64,000 nt of DNA, taken from contig JARFYF010000007.1 of assembly GCA_030265395.1 (NCBI GenBank), positions 74,071,384 through 74,135,383 on the forward strand, written 5' to 3'. Positions 12,936 through 24,786 of the stretch are shown in pieces. Made by a program: the position numbers and the translations under genes. Source of the stretch: Rhina ancylostomus. Taxonomy: Eukaryota. Within the stretch, counting starts at the first letter, position 1, and each line of letters begins with the position of its first letter. A model generated the notes under the pieces. The model did not search any database, was not told the DNA's origin, and saw only the letters and a list, made by a program, of their open reading frames with translations.

Positions 12936-13459
12936 TAAGTGGGATAGAAGAATGGACCATAAGACTTCCTCATGAAATAGCGGGCTAAAGAGGGTGAGTC
13001 TNNNNNNNNNNTCTCAAATTACAAATGGTAACAAATGATCTGGGGTTTGTGACCTACCAGCAGTGTGCCACTGGAACATTAAATGGAACTGAGTGCTGAA
13101 ACATGTGAGAAAGATAAAGACCATGGGTGGCCCAGATTGAAGGGTGAAATTGGTTAGATGTGATGGGGTGGTGACATTGACGTTCCTAGTGGTCAAATGC
13201 TGTAGCCAGTGTAGTGCTGCCAATTTGAACACTTGAGTTGATCAGGGAACTGTCCATTGGGAAGCTACGCTTCACATAAGATGTCCTGGAGCAAGTTAGG
13301 GTACATTTTCTTTAAAGCAGTAGAAAAAGAAAATTAAAATTTATTTTATGTTATGGCATTAAATATCAGGACTTTGGAATGGACTGCTTTGGAAAACTAA
13401 TGGGCACAGACCGTTTTTGAAAAGTGAATCATTTTAGTTTTATGAGAAACTATAACCTT

Positions 13460-14000
13460 TCCAGTATTCATTAAGATTATGGCCGATCCAATACTTTGAG
13501 ATCACTTAACCACCTGAACCCTGTATTCCTTTATTTCACTTCGTCTCTAAAAAATCTATTGCTCCTTGTCTTGAATATACCAAACAGCAGAATGTCCACA
13601 GCATTTTGTCACAGTGATTTCCAAAGATTTGCAGTTCTTGATGGGGGTGGAATCTCATTTCAGCCATAAGTTACCATTTCCTTAACCTGAGGCAGCACAC
13701 TAGAATTCTGGATATTTCAGCCTGAGGAAACAAAGCACCTATTCAGTTAATTTCCCTAAAAGTTTTTGTGTTTTAACATCACCTCTCATTCTTCTGCACT
13801 CCAATGTATATAGGTGGCTTAATCAGACTGTGCTCATTGGTCAGTCCCCTTAACCCAGAAATCAGTCTACTGAATCTAAGATGAACTGCTTCCAAGGCAG
13901 TTTTATACTTTTGGCAAAGAGACCAAAACTGCACACCATTCTCCGAGGTACTGTAAACTGCAATATGACTTTGACTTTTTTGTACTCTATCTCCTTGCAT
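13460..14000 (-). mobile_element. Degenerate CR1 LINE fragment
   Basis: Minus ORF ENGVQFWS...ALEAVHLRFSRLISGLRGL resembles the CR1 ORF2 C-terminus. Confidence 0.7.
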
Positions 14001-15126
14001 CAAAATCAATAAAGAATACTTTGAGACTTTTTTTTTACAGGTTTTTGAGTGTTGCATCAAAAACATGTCCATTGCAAAAGACTTTGGAGACCTGAACTAG
14101 CAAACATTGTGTATGCAATAAAATGGAAGCTAAATGAAATTCCTATTTAACAATATTAAATATTTTCAATCCTTTTTGTTTGCCATGATTTATCCCATTC
14201 CTTTTGTGGCTGTTTTGTTTTGGTTTAATTTTATTTGGGTGTGGGAGGGGAGAAGAGAATAGATTATCTATCTCACATTTATTATACTATTGCTTTGCTA
14301 CAGATCAATTCCACCATCCTTAAATCAAAGTAAATGTCTGGTTGGTTGGATTTTTGTGACTTTGCAGTTTGGTCTTAAGCATGTAACTGAGGCATTTTAA
14401 CAATTTCAACTTGAATTAAAAGAACACACGCACAAATATGGCAGCTACCTTAAGTAACAAATTCATTACAATTTCTTGGCGTCTCAATTAGGACCCTCTT
14501 GATGTTTGTCTTGAGCTTTGTTGCTTGGGTTGTCTTTAATGCTGGTAGTGGAATTGGGTGCATGGATGTCATATTGTATCAGGTAAGTTGAAAATGGGCA
14601 CGGTTGGCTCCTCGTAATATGCTTTTGTTTTTAATAAAAGAATCAAAGGTATTGAGCTTTTAGGAATTAATCATGCTAAAAATTAGTTCGTTTATTGAAC
14701 TTGGCTCTGTTTCTGGGTTAATTTATTAGTTCTGGTTCCACTGGGCACAAACAAGCACAGTATAAAAAGTCTCAGCAGAATTTTTTTCTTTGTGTCCAAG
14801 ATTGCTATCTTCGAGATATTGGTTGCTTATTGAACTCGTAAAATTGTGCAATTAACTTCCGGGGAAGAAATTTATCAAGCAATTTGTTTCTGTAGCTAAT
14901 AGAGAATACTTACAATCAAAGAAGATAGCAAGGTGGGACCGATTTCTGGATTAAGATGTCAATTAATGTTTTCCTTAAAGTAGGCATTTGTGATCAAAAG
15001 TTTTTGTCAGTGGGATCAGTGATTTAAAAATCATGAAAAGATGTGAGGGGAAGTTCTGGCATATCAGATGAATTGCTCGCAAAATTGAGGATATCACCCT
15101 ATTGTCATTTATATCCAGTCTGCTGG

Positions 15127-15290
15127 GGATCAGAGTCAAGTTTATTGTCATGTGCACAAGTACACGCATATACAGGTGTAATGAAAAACTTGCTTGCAAC
15201 ATCATCACAGGAACATAGCATCATATAAGCAGCATTCACAAGAAAAACATAAATTATACACAATTTTTACAAGAAAAAACACAATTCTTG
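15127..15290 (-). mobile_element. Rex1/Babar-like 3' terminal fragment
   Basis: agagtcaagtttattgtcat...aatgaaaaacttgcttgca, similar to the element end at ~55380. Confidence 0.5.
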
Positions 15291-16305
15291 TAAGATGTTA
15301 ACATTTCAGATAGTTGCAGAGATCTGTTTTTGCTCCCTAAGCAAATTTGCTTTTTATTTCTAAGCTTGTGTATATATAAATGTTATCCTTTTTCAGTTTT
15401 CTCCTTTGTGAGCTTTTCTCTTGTGTGTTCATCCTAGCAAGTTTGTTTGCCTTAATGAAACAATAGCAACCTTATATCTTGTTAGAGTATCTTTTTTATA
15501 TACAATCATTTTGACTCATTTGCAACCTCTCTCTAACTGGAGTGACATTATTTCTCATACCCTACTAAAATATTTTCTTGCCTTTCCCTTCTAGTGAAAT
15601 GTTTCATGCAAAGTACCAACATGGCTTTTTACAGATGCTAATGGATTTGATGAATATTTCTGTCTTCATTTTTGTCTTTTTGTTATATTGGCTACAGTTA
15701 ACAAAATGTTATTTTTCTTTCACTAGGTTATAATTGTACCAATTTCAGCAAGAAACAAAATATATTTATTTTAAATACCCAGGCTAGTTCATCCTTGTAC
15801 TAATTTGATGATAGTAAATGTTTCCTCTATCACAACTGTGCTTCAGGATGCCTTTCCTAGATAGAAAAGAATCTGTCTGAGATAAGAGTTTCATTGATCT
15901 TGCAGAATTGTCTGTAAAAGTCTTTATGGTTTTGATTCTGAAAGTGATTAACAGTAACCATTGTTGAGCATTTCTTTTGGAAAACATTGCATATTTGAAC
16001 CTCATGACCAGCATATCCCTTAAGCCTTCCTTTTGACTGGAAGAATTGTACGAACTTCATTCTAGGACATCTTGATGATGCATCACGTGGTTGCATTCCA
16101 ACTTTGGGTGTTCGCGTTTATATGTTGTTAGCAAAGACAGAAGTACCCTATGAAATAAATTGCATTGTGCTTTATTGTGTGTGAATACCATTTGTTTGCT
16201 GCTTCAGTTGTAGAACCTGAACTTTCTGTTCTGCATTATAAATTTGCTTTAATAAGTTATGTGCAAATACATTTAAGTACACAAATTTACCTTTTTTATT
16301 TGTAG

Positions 16306-16530
16306 GAGCCTAAATCCATCACTGATGATTACTTCAGAGAAGTAAATTCACGTCGGTCCCATGAAGTAGTGTTGAAAGAGCAGGAAAAGATGTTCCTGCA
16401 AGGCGGACCAGGAGTATATAAGGTAGTGAAGACTGGGCCTTCAGGGCACAACATCAGGAGCTGCCCTAACCTTAGAGGTATCCCCATTGGAATGTTAGTT
16501 CTTGGGAACAGAGTCAAGGCATTAGGCGAG
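16306..16530 (+). CDS. MYCBP2: MYCBP2 exon (EPKSITDDYF...YKVVKTGPSGHNIRSCPNLRGIPIGMLVLGNRVKALGE)
   Basis: tttgtag acceptor, GAG|gtatgg donor; 225 nt, phase 0-0. Confidence 0.93.
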
Positions 16531-18184
16531 GTATGGATTCATGAAAGTGTGTTATTGCAGGTACCAATCAACACAATAGAGCAAATGCTGCAAAATTGAT
16601 GTCTTCTCAAGCTTTTGCATAGTATTATAAGAGGACATCTGGTATTGGTATAATTTCTTCATTAAAATAGGTATTGTTGCATTTGGGTGCTTAACAAATG
16701 GTGGAAGGTTTTATACCATGCTTACCAAAGTTGCTAATTTGCTGATGCTCTGAGCTTTAATTTTTTTCCGATGATTCAACATGTTCTGTTGCTTTGATTT
16801 TCTTTCATTTCTTCTAAACTTCAGAAACTAATGTTCATTATTAATTATTTCCAACATTAATCACTCTTTAAATGGCAGTTTGATTAAGATATTTGGTGAA
16901 GTATATAAATCGATGTAAACATCTCTATGTTCTCTTTTGGTTTTTCTACAATTTTAAAGCTATATATAGTAATTTAAATAATTGAGTTATAAACCAGATT
17001 TTACTGAAATTAAGAAATCTGATATTTGTGTACAATTCAGTGTGAAATTGATTCTAAAATTTAGTAGCTGCAGTAAGTGTTAAATGAAACTGTGAAAACT
17101 ATAACTCATTTCTAATGTAGTTACTCTGACCCAGTCATTGGTCTTGCAGATCCTTCTTATTTTATACCTATAGTATTTTAAAGTCCAATTAAGAATAATG
17201 CTGTTTATTGAGAAACAATTACAACAGACAACACTTTAAAACCTATTGGGCTGGAATTTGCTGAATAAAATAAGAGCATGTGAATGAGGCATGCTGTGAT
17301 TAATGGGCAAATTGTCCAGCAGTTTGGGACAAGGGTAACATCTCCCATGAATTGTGAAATGCTGCATGTTGCTGGGTAACTGAACCTGCTCCAATGTTAA
17401 CTTCACTAAAATATCTTGCACTTAACCTCCTTGTATTTTTCATGGTTGCTCTATTTACATATTAACTATCCATAAATTCAGACAAATAGTTAAATCTGGT
17501 AATTGTATGTGTGATTAGTACCTTTTCAACATAGATTAATTGCCAGTCATTAATAATTATCTGGCCCAGAAGCTGAACAACTAAAATTGTAGAATTTTGG
17601 TTCTTTAAAGTATTTCTTAAAACAGTAAATTGTACTTTTTTTCCTCTTTCCATCCCTCAAATCACTTGTTTTCCTTTCTTAATGTAACTAATCTGTAATG
17701 TCACCTTTTGTTGTCCTTTTATTTTGCATTTCTTTCATCTAATTGATTTTGCTGTACATTTGATTTTATTCTTCATCAAGTCCCAGATGCTCTTTTGCCC
17801 CTCTTGCTCTGTTGTCAGCTCACACTTCCAACAGCTTGAAGATCAAAAATATTTTGGAGTTTAAGGTTGCAGGAAAAATTCTCAACTAACCAGGCATGTG
17901 GTGAGATCCACCTGTCCAGCAAATTCTGGCCCATTGTATCTAAAATCAGAGTCCTCTTTTTAAGAGTCAAAATGACAAAGCTGCTATATCAAGATTCAGT
18001 ATTTTTATTTGCATTGCTTTTTGCAGTGTTTTTCAGGTAAAAAGGGGTCTTTCCAATCATTTATGAGCTGTAACAGCTCAGGTTTTTAAAGTTAAGCTGT
18101 AAAGCATTTAAACAATCTCAGTTCTACAAAGATCACAATTCCATTGCTAAGCATGAAACAGAATAAGTGTCATTTGTGTAATAG

Positions 18185-18317
18185 GTGACAAACCATGAGG
18201 GCTCGTGGATCCAACTTGATAAGAACAGCATGGTGGAATTCTGTGAAAGTGGTGATGGCGAGGCCTGGTCCTTGGCCAGAGACCGAGGTGGTAACCAGTA
18301 CTTAAGACATGAAGAGG
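18185..18317 (+). CDS. MYCBP2: MYCBP2 exon (VTNHEGSWIQLDKNSMVEFCESGDGEAWSLARDRGGNQYLRHEE)
   Basis: aatag acceptor, G|gtaggt donor; phase 0-1. Confidence 0.93.
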
Positions 18318-18829
18318 GTAGGTAGCTCATTCAGTTACTCTCATTGTGTGGAAAACTTCTGTCTGCAATAATATTTTCAACATCTGTTGAAAGAGAAAAC
18401 TGGGTTCTCATTTATACTTCTACATGTACAGATATGAATTGAACTTTGAGATGCCAGTTAAAATAATTTGCTTTTTTGAATAACTTATGATTCCTTCGTT
18501 TGCACTTTGTACCAAAGGGCCATTTTGCCTGTGTATTACAACTTTTTTAAAACAAGATCTGATTATAAAAGTCTGTGCATCTCATTTTCCGAACCACCAA
18601 CTTTAATCCATAAGTTTAACATTCAATATTGCCTTAAATCAACTTGCTCTTTCTGAACCATGTTATGGCCAGTATTTTCCCATGGATGATGGTTTTGAAG
18701 GATTTTAGACAGAACTTTAAACAATGTAGGTCAATTAAAGATCTAAAAAAAAGCTTAAACTGAAGTTGTATGAAATATTGATCTGTTGATTAGAGTGAAA
18801 ATAGCCAAATGCTCCTATATCTGATATTG

Positions 18830-19720
18830 ATCACGTCCTTGAGAATGTGATGTACGAGTCTCCAGAAAAAGGGAGGAAAAATGTGCCCAGCTGGCCCTCA
18901 TCCTGATGGCAACATTTGTGATTGCCTCAAGCTATGTGTAACACTTGAGTACACAAACACCAAGTGTCACTACATGCTGAGAATCTACCTGTTTTTGGTT
19001 TTGTAAGGGGTGGGCCTGGGCTCCTTGCAGCAGAACATTCCATTCAGTTGGACCATGCCACATGCCTGTCCCTCATTGAAAAGTTTCTGCTGAGAAACAT
19101 CTTGAAAGACAAGTTAATCATGCATTGGTATGTACTGAATATCACAGAGGCCACGCAAGAGAAGGAGACTGTGGACCCATTCTTATGGTTCCCCAACAAA
19201 CTGTTAAAGTGATTTGGCAGAATTCCCATCAACAGAACTTTCATACGATCACCAAGACCTTGCTTGGCTGGTGGTAAAAAGGACACAACCTGTCAGATTC
19301 TTCATTCACAGCCTGAGTCTCAATCCCACTGTGTGCTGCTCTCGAAATGACCACAGTGTGGATGATGTGGTCATCCACCTGGTGGACTGCACTTGCCAAG
19401 AATATCTGGAAAGGGGTGCAGTGGTCTTTGTCAAGGTTCATTCTGAGCAACTGTAACACAGGACTCTTGTGTTCTATGGACTGTTCCCAAGGATGCAAAC
19501 CGAGATGAGCATCAATTACATCTGGAAGATCATCCACTCATTAAAAGTCAAGGTTTAATTTGCCAGAAATTTGTGCTCTTCCACTGTTAGGAGATACCTA
19601 CAGCAGAATACTGCCAACTAGCACATTCCTAGATGTAGGAGAATGTGCCGAGAGATAAGAAGCTTGCTGCAGCCACAACGGCTCTGGTGTGGAAAGGCTG
19701 TGTCTGCCCACTACTAGACA
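18830..19720 (+). mobile_element. L1-Tx1 clade LINE ORF2 C-terminal remnant (copy 1)
   Basis: TELSYDHQDLAWLVVKRTQPVRFFIH...C...VIHLVDC resembles the Tx1 C-terminal CCHC region; frameshifted. Confidence 0.65.
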
Positions 19721-19794
19721 CTGAGGGACTGACCCTATAAAGCAATCTCGCAAGTGAAGATGCAACATTAGTGATGCTATTGATAAGGAATATA

Positions 19795-20164
19795 ATGAGA
19801 AACAGGCCTGCAGATGCTGGAATCTGAATAAAAGTCACCTGTGATGCTGGATGAACTCAGCAGGCCAGGCAGCGTCCGTGGAGAAAAGCAGACAGTAAAT
19901 GTTTCGGGTCGGGTCCCTTCTTCAGGACTGAAGATAGGAAAGGGGAAGCCCAATATATAGGAGTGATAAGCAGAGCCGTGATAAGTGAACAAAAGAGGGG
20001 AGGTGGGGTGGGCACAAGGTGGTGATAGGTAGATGCAGGTGGGTGAGAGTGGTAGGCTGGTGCAGGGGAGGAGGAGAGAGCAGATCCTCTGGGAGATGGG
20101 TGAAAAGTAAGGGGTGGGGGGGGAGAAGAGAGGGGATAGATAGGCCAGGACAGGGAAGAAAATA
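19795..20164 (-). mobile_element. Penelope-like element terminal (pLTR) fragment with a hammerhead-like motif
   Basis: Minus strand cagtcCTGAAGAagggacccgacccGAAAcatt...gctgcctggcctgctgagttcatccagca...ttccagcatctgcag. Confidence 0.7.
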
Positions 20165-20519
20165 NNNNNNNNNNNNNNNNNNNNNNNNNNNNNNNNNNNN
20201 NNNNNNNNNNNNNNNNNNNNNNNNNNNNNNNNNNNNNNNNNNNNNNNNNNNNNNNNNNNNNNNNNNNNNNNNNNNNNNNNNNNNNNNNNNNNNNNNNNNN
20301 NNNNNNNNNNNNNNNNNNNNNNNNNNNNNNNNNNNNNNNNNNNNNNNNNNNNNNNNNNNNNNNGATGCAAGTCAAGGTGACAGACAAAGCGAGAGAAACA
20401 ACGGACTGCAGATGCTGGACTCTAGATGCAAAACTCCTGCGATGCTTGAGGAAGAGATTGAACGAATGTATTGAATTGCTTGGTACTGTGAAGGTAATGA
20501 GATATCCCAAATGAATTAT

Positions 20520-22240
20520 ATATTTTGTTTGTAAAATATTTTGGAAAAATAATTAAATGGCCTACCAACTGAGATGTATTCTCCTCCGTGGGAGTGTTAT
20601 GCATCCAGCTGGCATACATTGCAATCCTTGAGGAAAGGCATCATCACCTTCATCCACAAATAGAAAGAGAAGGAAGAGATGAAAAATTGGCAACCTATTT
20701 CATTGTTAGATGTGGATGACAGGCATTCTTCCCAACGCTATGCCCAGTCAAGCTCTAAAGCGGGCAGTTCACCAGGATAGATCTACGCTGTACTAGACAG
20801 GAAAGTCTCTGACAGCCTTGTGGTACACAAGGACATCATTGCCTTCATGTAGGGCAGGAGGTGGCTGTTGCCTTGTTTTGGACCAGGATAAGCCTCTCGA
20901 CAGAAAATCATAAGCATGCATGGTCAGTGTGCAATCCAAAATGGGCTTTGAGGAAGGAATCCATAATATAATACAACTGTTCTATGCATAAGCTTATAGC
21001 GGGTGGGAAATGGAAAGCACCCTGAACAAGTCTGGAGTTGTGCTGGGCTGCCGTCTCTCCTGTTTTGTTTTTGTTCTGTGTCGAGCCTTTTGTCAAATTC
21101 ATCAGGAAGAATATGGGTAGAAGAGAGGTGCTCAGGCACTCAGGTCAAAGTCTCCCAATATATGGGCGATGTTGCTATCTGCTGTTTGAACCAACTGTCA
21201 GTTTGCAGATTGATAAGTCGCTGTGATCAGTTGGAACTGGCCTCAGATGCCAGAGGAAGTGTAACAAAGTAAGGAAGTATTCTTTGACAAGGGGTCTGCC
21301 TGATCCTCTATTCCCTTCCGCTTTGTGTCTAGTTACCTGAAAGTGGTTCAGAGGAGCAAGGTCCTGCACCAAGAATTGGGTAGAGCACACAACCAGGGTG
21401 AAATAGAGAGATGCCCCCTTTCACTTGCAGGAAAGAACCTGATTGTCATTGAGAGTTGCTTGGTGATGCAGTATGTGTGCAGATGTGGCCCATACCGTGC
21501 TCCTGAAATGGATTATGTGGCTACAGAATGTTTCATTAATTTGGTCCATGCCATACCATTTGTCCTCCTTGTGAGAAGGAGAGAGNNNNNNNNNNGATCC
21601 CGTCAGATGGTTCCCCCACAAGATTTCTGAAATCATTTGGCAGAATGTTTCTTCATTAAACTTCTAAATAAGCCTCAAGACCCTGCTTGGCTGTTGGCTC
21701 TCTGTCAGGTCCTACATGCACAACCAGAGCATCATGCTGCTCTTGAGCTGGCTGTGATGCAAGTGAGGCAGTCATCCATATGCCAAGAAAGTCTGGAAAG
21801 GGATGCAGTGATCTCTGTCAAGGTTCATCCTGAGCAGTTGGATAGTACAGGACTCCATAGTCTCTATGTTGTTCCCAGTAATACATACATGAATGTTGAC
21901 TGCTGCTGGAAGGTCATCATCTTGGTGAAAGACACTGGTCTGCCTGGAACTTAGTTGATGTTCCAGTATGAGGAGTTGTCAGTGGCCAACTACACATTTC
22001 AAGGCCCAAGACTACATGTTGAGGGATGCAATGAAACTTGGCAACTACTATAAAGACTTTAGTTTGGAGTTGTCTTGCCTCTGTACACTAAGGTGCTAAT
22101 GAAATGTTTGGGAATGAAAAGAGGGATGCCATGTTGGCATAAGGTAAATTTTGTAAGGTGCAATGATGTGTTTGGCATAGTGAATAGCCCTATACTGTGT
22201 AATTGTAAATTCTATGAATAAGGTATTTTTTTGAGAAGAA
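20520..22240 (+). mobile_element. L1-Tx1 clade LINE ORF2 remnant (copy 2; RT to C-terminus)
   Basis: QVKVSQYMGDVAICC (decayed YMDD), DQLELASDA, LSLAGKNLIV, LLNKPQDPAWLL; many frameshifts. Confidence 0.7.
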
Positions 22241-23465
22241 AAGATGGGTAGTTATTCAGTTATCATTCACAGAACTGAAGCTTCACTGTTTAGAAAGCTT
22301 CTGCCTCTTTAGTTATGCTTTAACTTATTGTGTATTAGTTGCACTCCCAATATTACTTTGAGAACCAATAACTGTCTCCAAGAGGCAATTTTATAATTTT
22401 GATTACGCTTCGGAAGCATATTTAAACAGTGTTGCAGTTTTAAAGATCCAGAAAATAGGTTAATTTTGAAATGAAACTGGGAGGAATCTGGCCATACTCA
22501 GTCATGTGGCAAGGAAATAGGTTGAACCAAGGGGACTGGAGGGACAATAAAATTCCTGTCCCAACAGAAGTCTTTCCAGGAGATAATGGTCCCTGCTGCT
22601 TTCTTAACCTTAAAGAGGTGTTGGAGAAACCATCAGATTTTTATGAATTAATTCAAATGCTGAACATCAGGCCTGTATTTCTTTGTATGTAAAGAGTGTA
22701 GAATCCATTATGCTTTGGGTGGAATAAATTTGAAGAATAATAAAGTGCTGCAGATACTGAACTTTAATAATGTTATAGTGGAGAAAGAAGCAGCAATGTT
22801 ACATTGTAGGCACTCTTGGAAAATAATTTTGTGATTCATGTGTAGAGAGCAGCTATTAACAAAGCAAAATGTATATATTATTTACCATGAAATATTTCCT
22901 TTACATGTAGATAAGCGCCTTACCAATTTTGTTTTCTAATTTTGGGAAATCTAATCGATTCAATATATGTTCTCTTTGTCTTCAGGCATGTCTTATTGAT
23001 TAATATTTCCAAGAATGCATACCAAAGATACAAAATTATCCATTGGCTTCAAATTCAGAAGTATTTTCAATGCAAACTCACCCAGCAAACAGTTAAAGCT
23101 GTTGGAAAGGCCCTTCTCAAAATGAGCTTGTCGAAAAGGTCCAAGATGCCAAAACAGGATTATTCTTGCTGCTCTGTTGTGCCCCCTCCCCTTTCACCCC
23201 TTCTCTTCCACCCCTTCTCTTCCTCCACTGGCATCCAGTTTAGAGGCATTCTAGATTGTCCTAATGCAGGCTAGAAGGAACACATTGTTAATTTGTTGTT
23301 TAACCTCAAACTTTTGCAAAAGTGTCACATTTTTTTGCAAGATTAAAAATGGAAAAAAAATCGCATTGCACCTAATTAATTTTGATCCCAAGTAAAAGTA
23401 CATTCTTACATTTATGATGAGTGCTTTTGTTTGCAAAAAAGGCTCTTAATAGTTGTCTTTGACAG

Positions 23466-23591
23466 AACAAGCACTATTGGATCAAGCACCTCAGACGCCT
23501 CCGCCCAGTCCTTTCACAGCTCCTGCTTTCAGCAGGAGTGCTGGTGGCAACAGCACTCAAGGATTTGACTACAGCCTTGCAAATACCAAAG
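23466..23591 (+). CDS. MYCBP2: MYCBP2 exon (EQALLDQAPQTPPPSPFTAPAFSRSAGGNSTQGFDYSLANTK)
   Basis: tgacag acceptor, AAG|gtgtgt donor; phase 1-1. Confidence 0.92.
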
Positions 23592-24741
23592 GTGTGTGAA
23601 ATCACTTGTGTAGTTTCTTGCAGTTAATGAATTTCTATTCCATACAGGTTAAAGCACATTCAGTTTATTTTTCTGCATGTTTCAAATTTCCCTGTGCTAA
23701 GTATTAGATACAGAGAAATTATGTTTAGAATATAATCTCTGATTATAAAATTTATGTCATTTCTGTACCAAATGTATACCAAAGAATCTGAAATGGTTTG
23801 TATTTACGTGCTTGGTACTATAAATTATTCTCTGCAATTTAAAAAAGATGATTATATGAATAAAATTTAGGAACAATGCATTTAGCATATGATAAAGTAT
23901 GGATATAAAATTTGATAAAGCATCTTTTTTAAAGATAACTCTTTACCTTTCTACTGTGAGACCTGCTGTCTGTCAATTCAGGTGTTTATTTTTCATATAT
24001 AATCTCTTCAGAGAGAAATTCTATGACCAGTTGGCTGTAGTTCGAACCAGTTATCTAAGTTTGCAGAAGTATCTGATGCTTTGCGTTCTTTTCTTGAAAA
24101 GCTCTCAGTAGCTCACCAGGCTGATGATATTTCTGCTGCTTTTCTTTTATTCAACAATTTAATTGTCAAATTTTGAGGCACTGTTTTTTATGTTTTGAAA
24201 AATTACAGCCAACAAAAAGTCAAATGATTCTTTTGAGAATTGCTTTGGAATTATTAATAAATACAAGTTCAATGGTGTTTAGATAGGTTAGATGACTGGG
24301 AAAACTAGAAACCAAACAATTGCAGATCCACCTGAGAAGGACTAGGTTTAACATCTCATCCAATAGAAGCCAGCACTTTGAACAGCAGAGGCTCCTGTGA
24401 GATTGCACACAAATTTTTAGACTAGAATTGTGTACTTGAATCACTCAAGTGGACTTAATATGCATCTAATTTACTTGGAACCATGAGTGCTTACCTTAGC
24501 TCTGGTTGATGCTGGGTATTCCTTCAGAGTGTCATTCAAAACTTACCACAGCAGTTTTCAAAGTAAATATTGAGGGCAATAGAGTATTGCTTATGTTTTG
24601 AGTTGTATAACAAGTGCACTATTTACCATTGTTTCTGAGTTACACCATTTGCTTCTGCTTTGTAGTACAGCAATTAAAATACTAGAATGATGCAGAATTA
24701 AAGTTTTATGCTAAATTTGTCACAATTTTTCATTTTTAAAG

Positions 24742-24786
24742 ATGAAGTAACTACAGACCTTGACTTGGGATCCTACACAGAACCTG
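24742..24786 (+). CDS. MYCBP2: Probable 45-nt cassette exon (DEVTTDLDLGSYTEP)
   Basis: ttttcatttttaaag acceptor, CTG|gtaagt donor; symmetric phase 1-1, no stop. Confidence 0.65.

Noticed and set aside
19777-20510. Long ORFs (151-217 aa) in the ORF track
   Set aside because: Length is inflated by N runs; the remainder is non-coding Penelope terminal sequence
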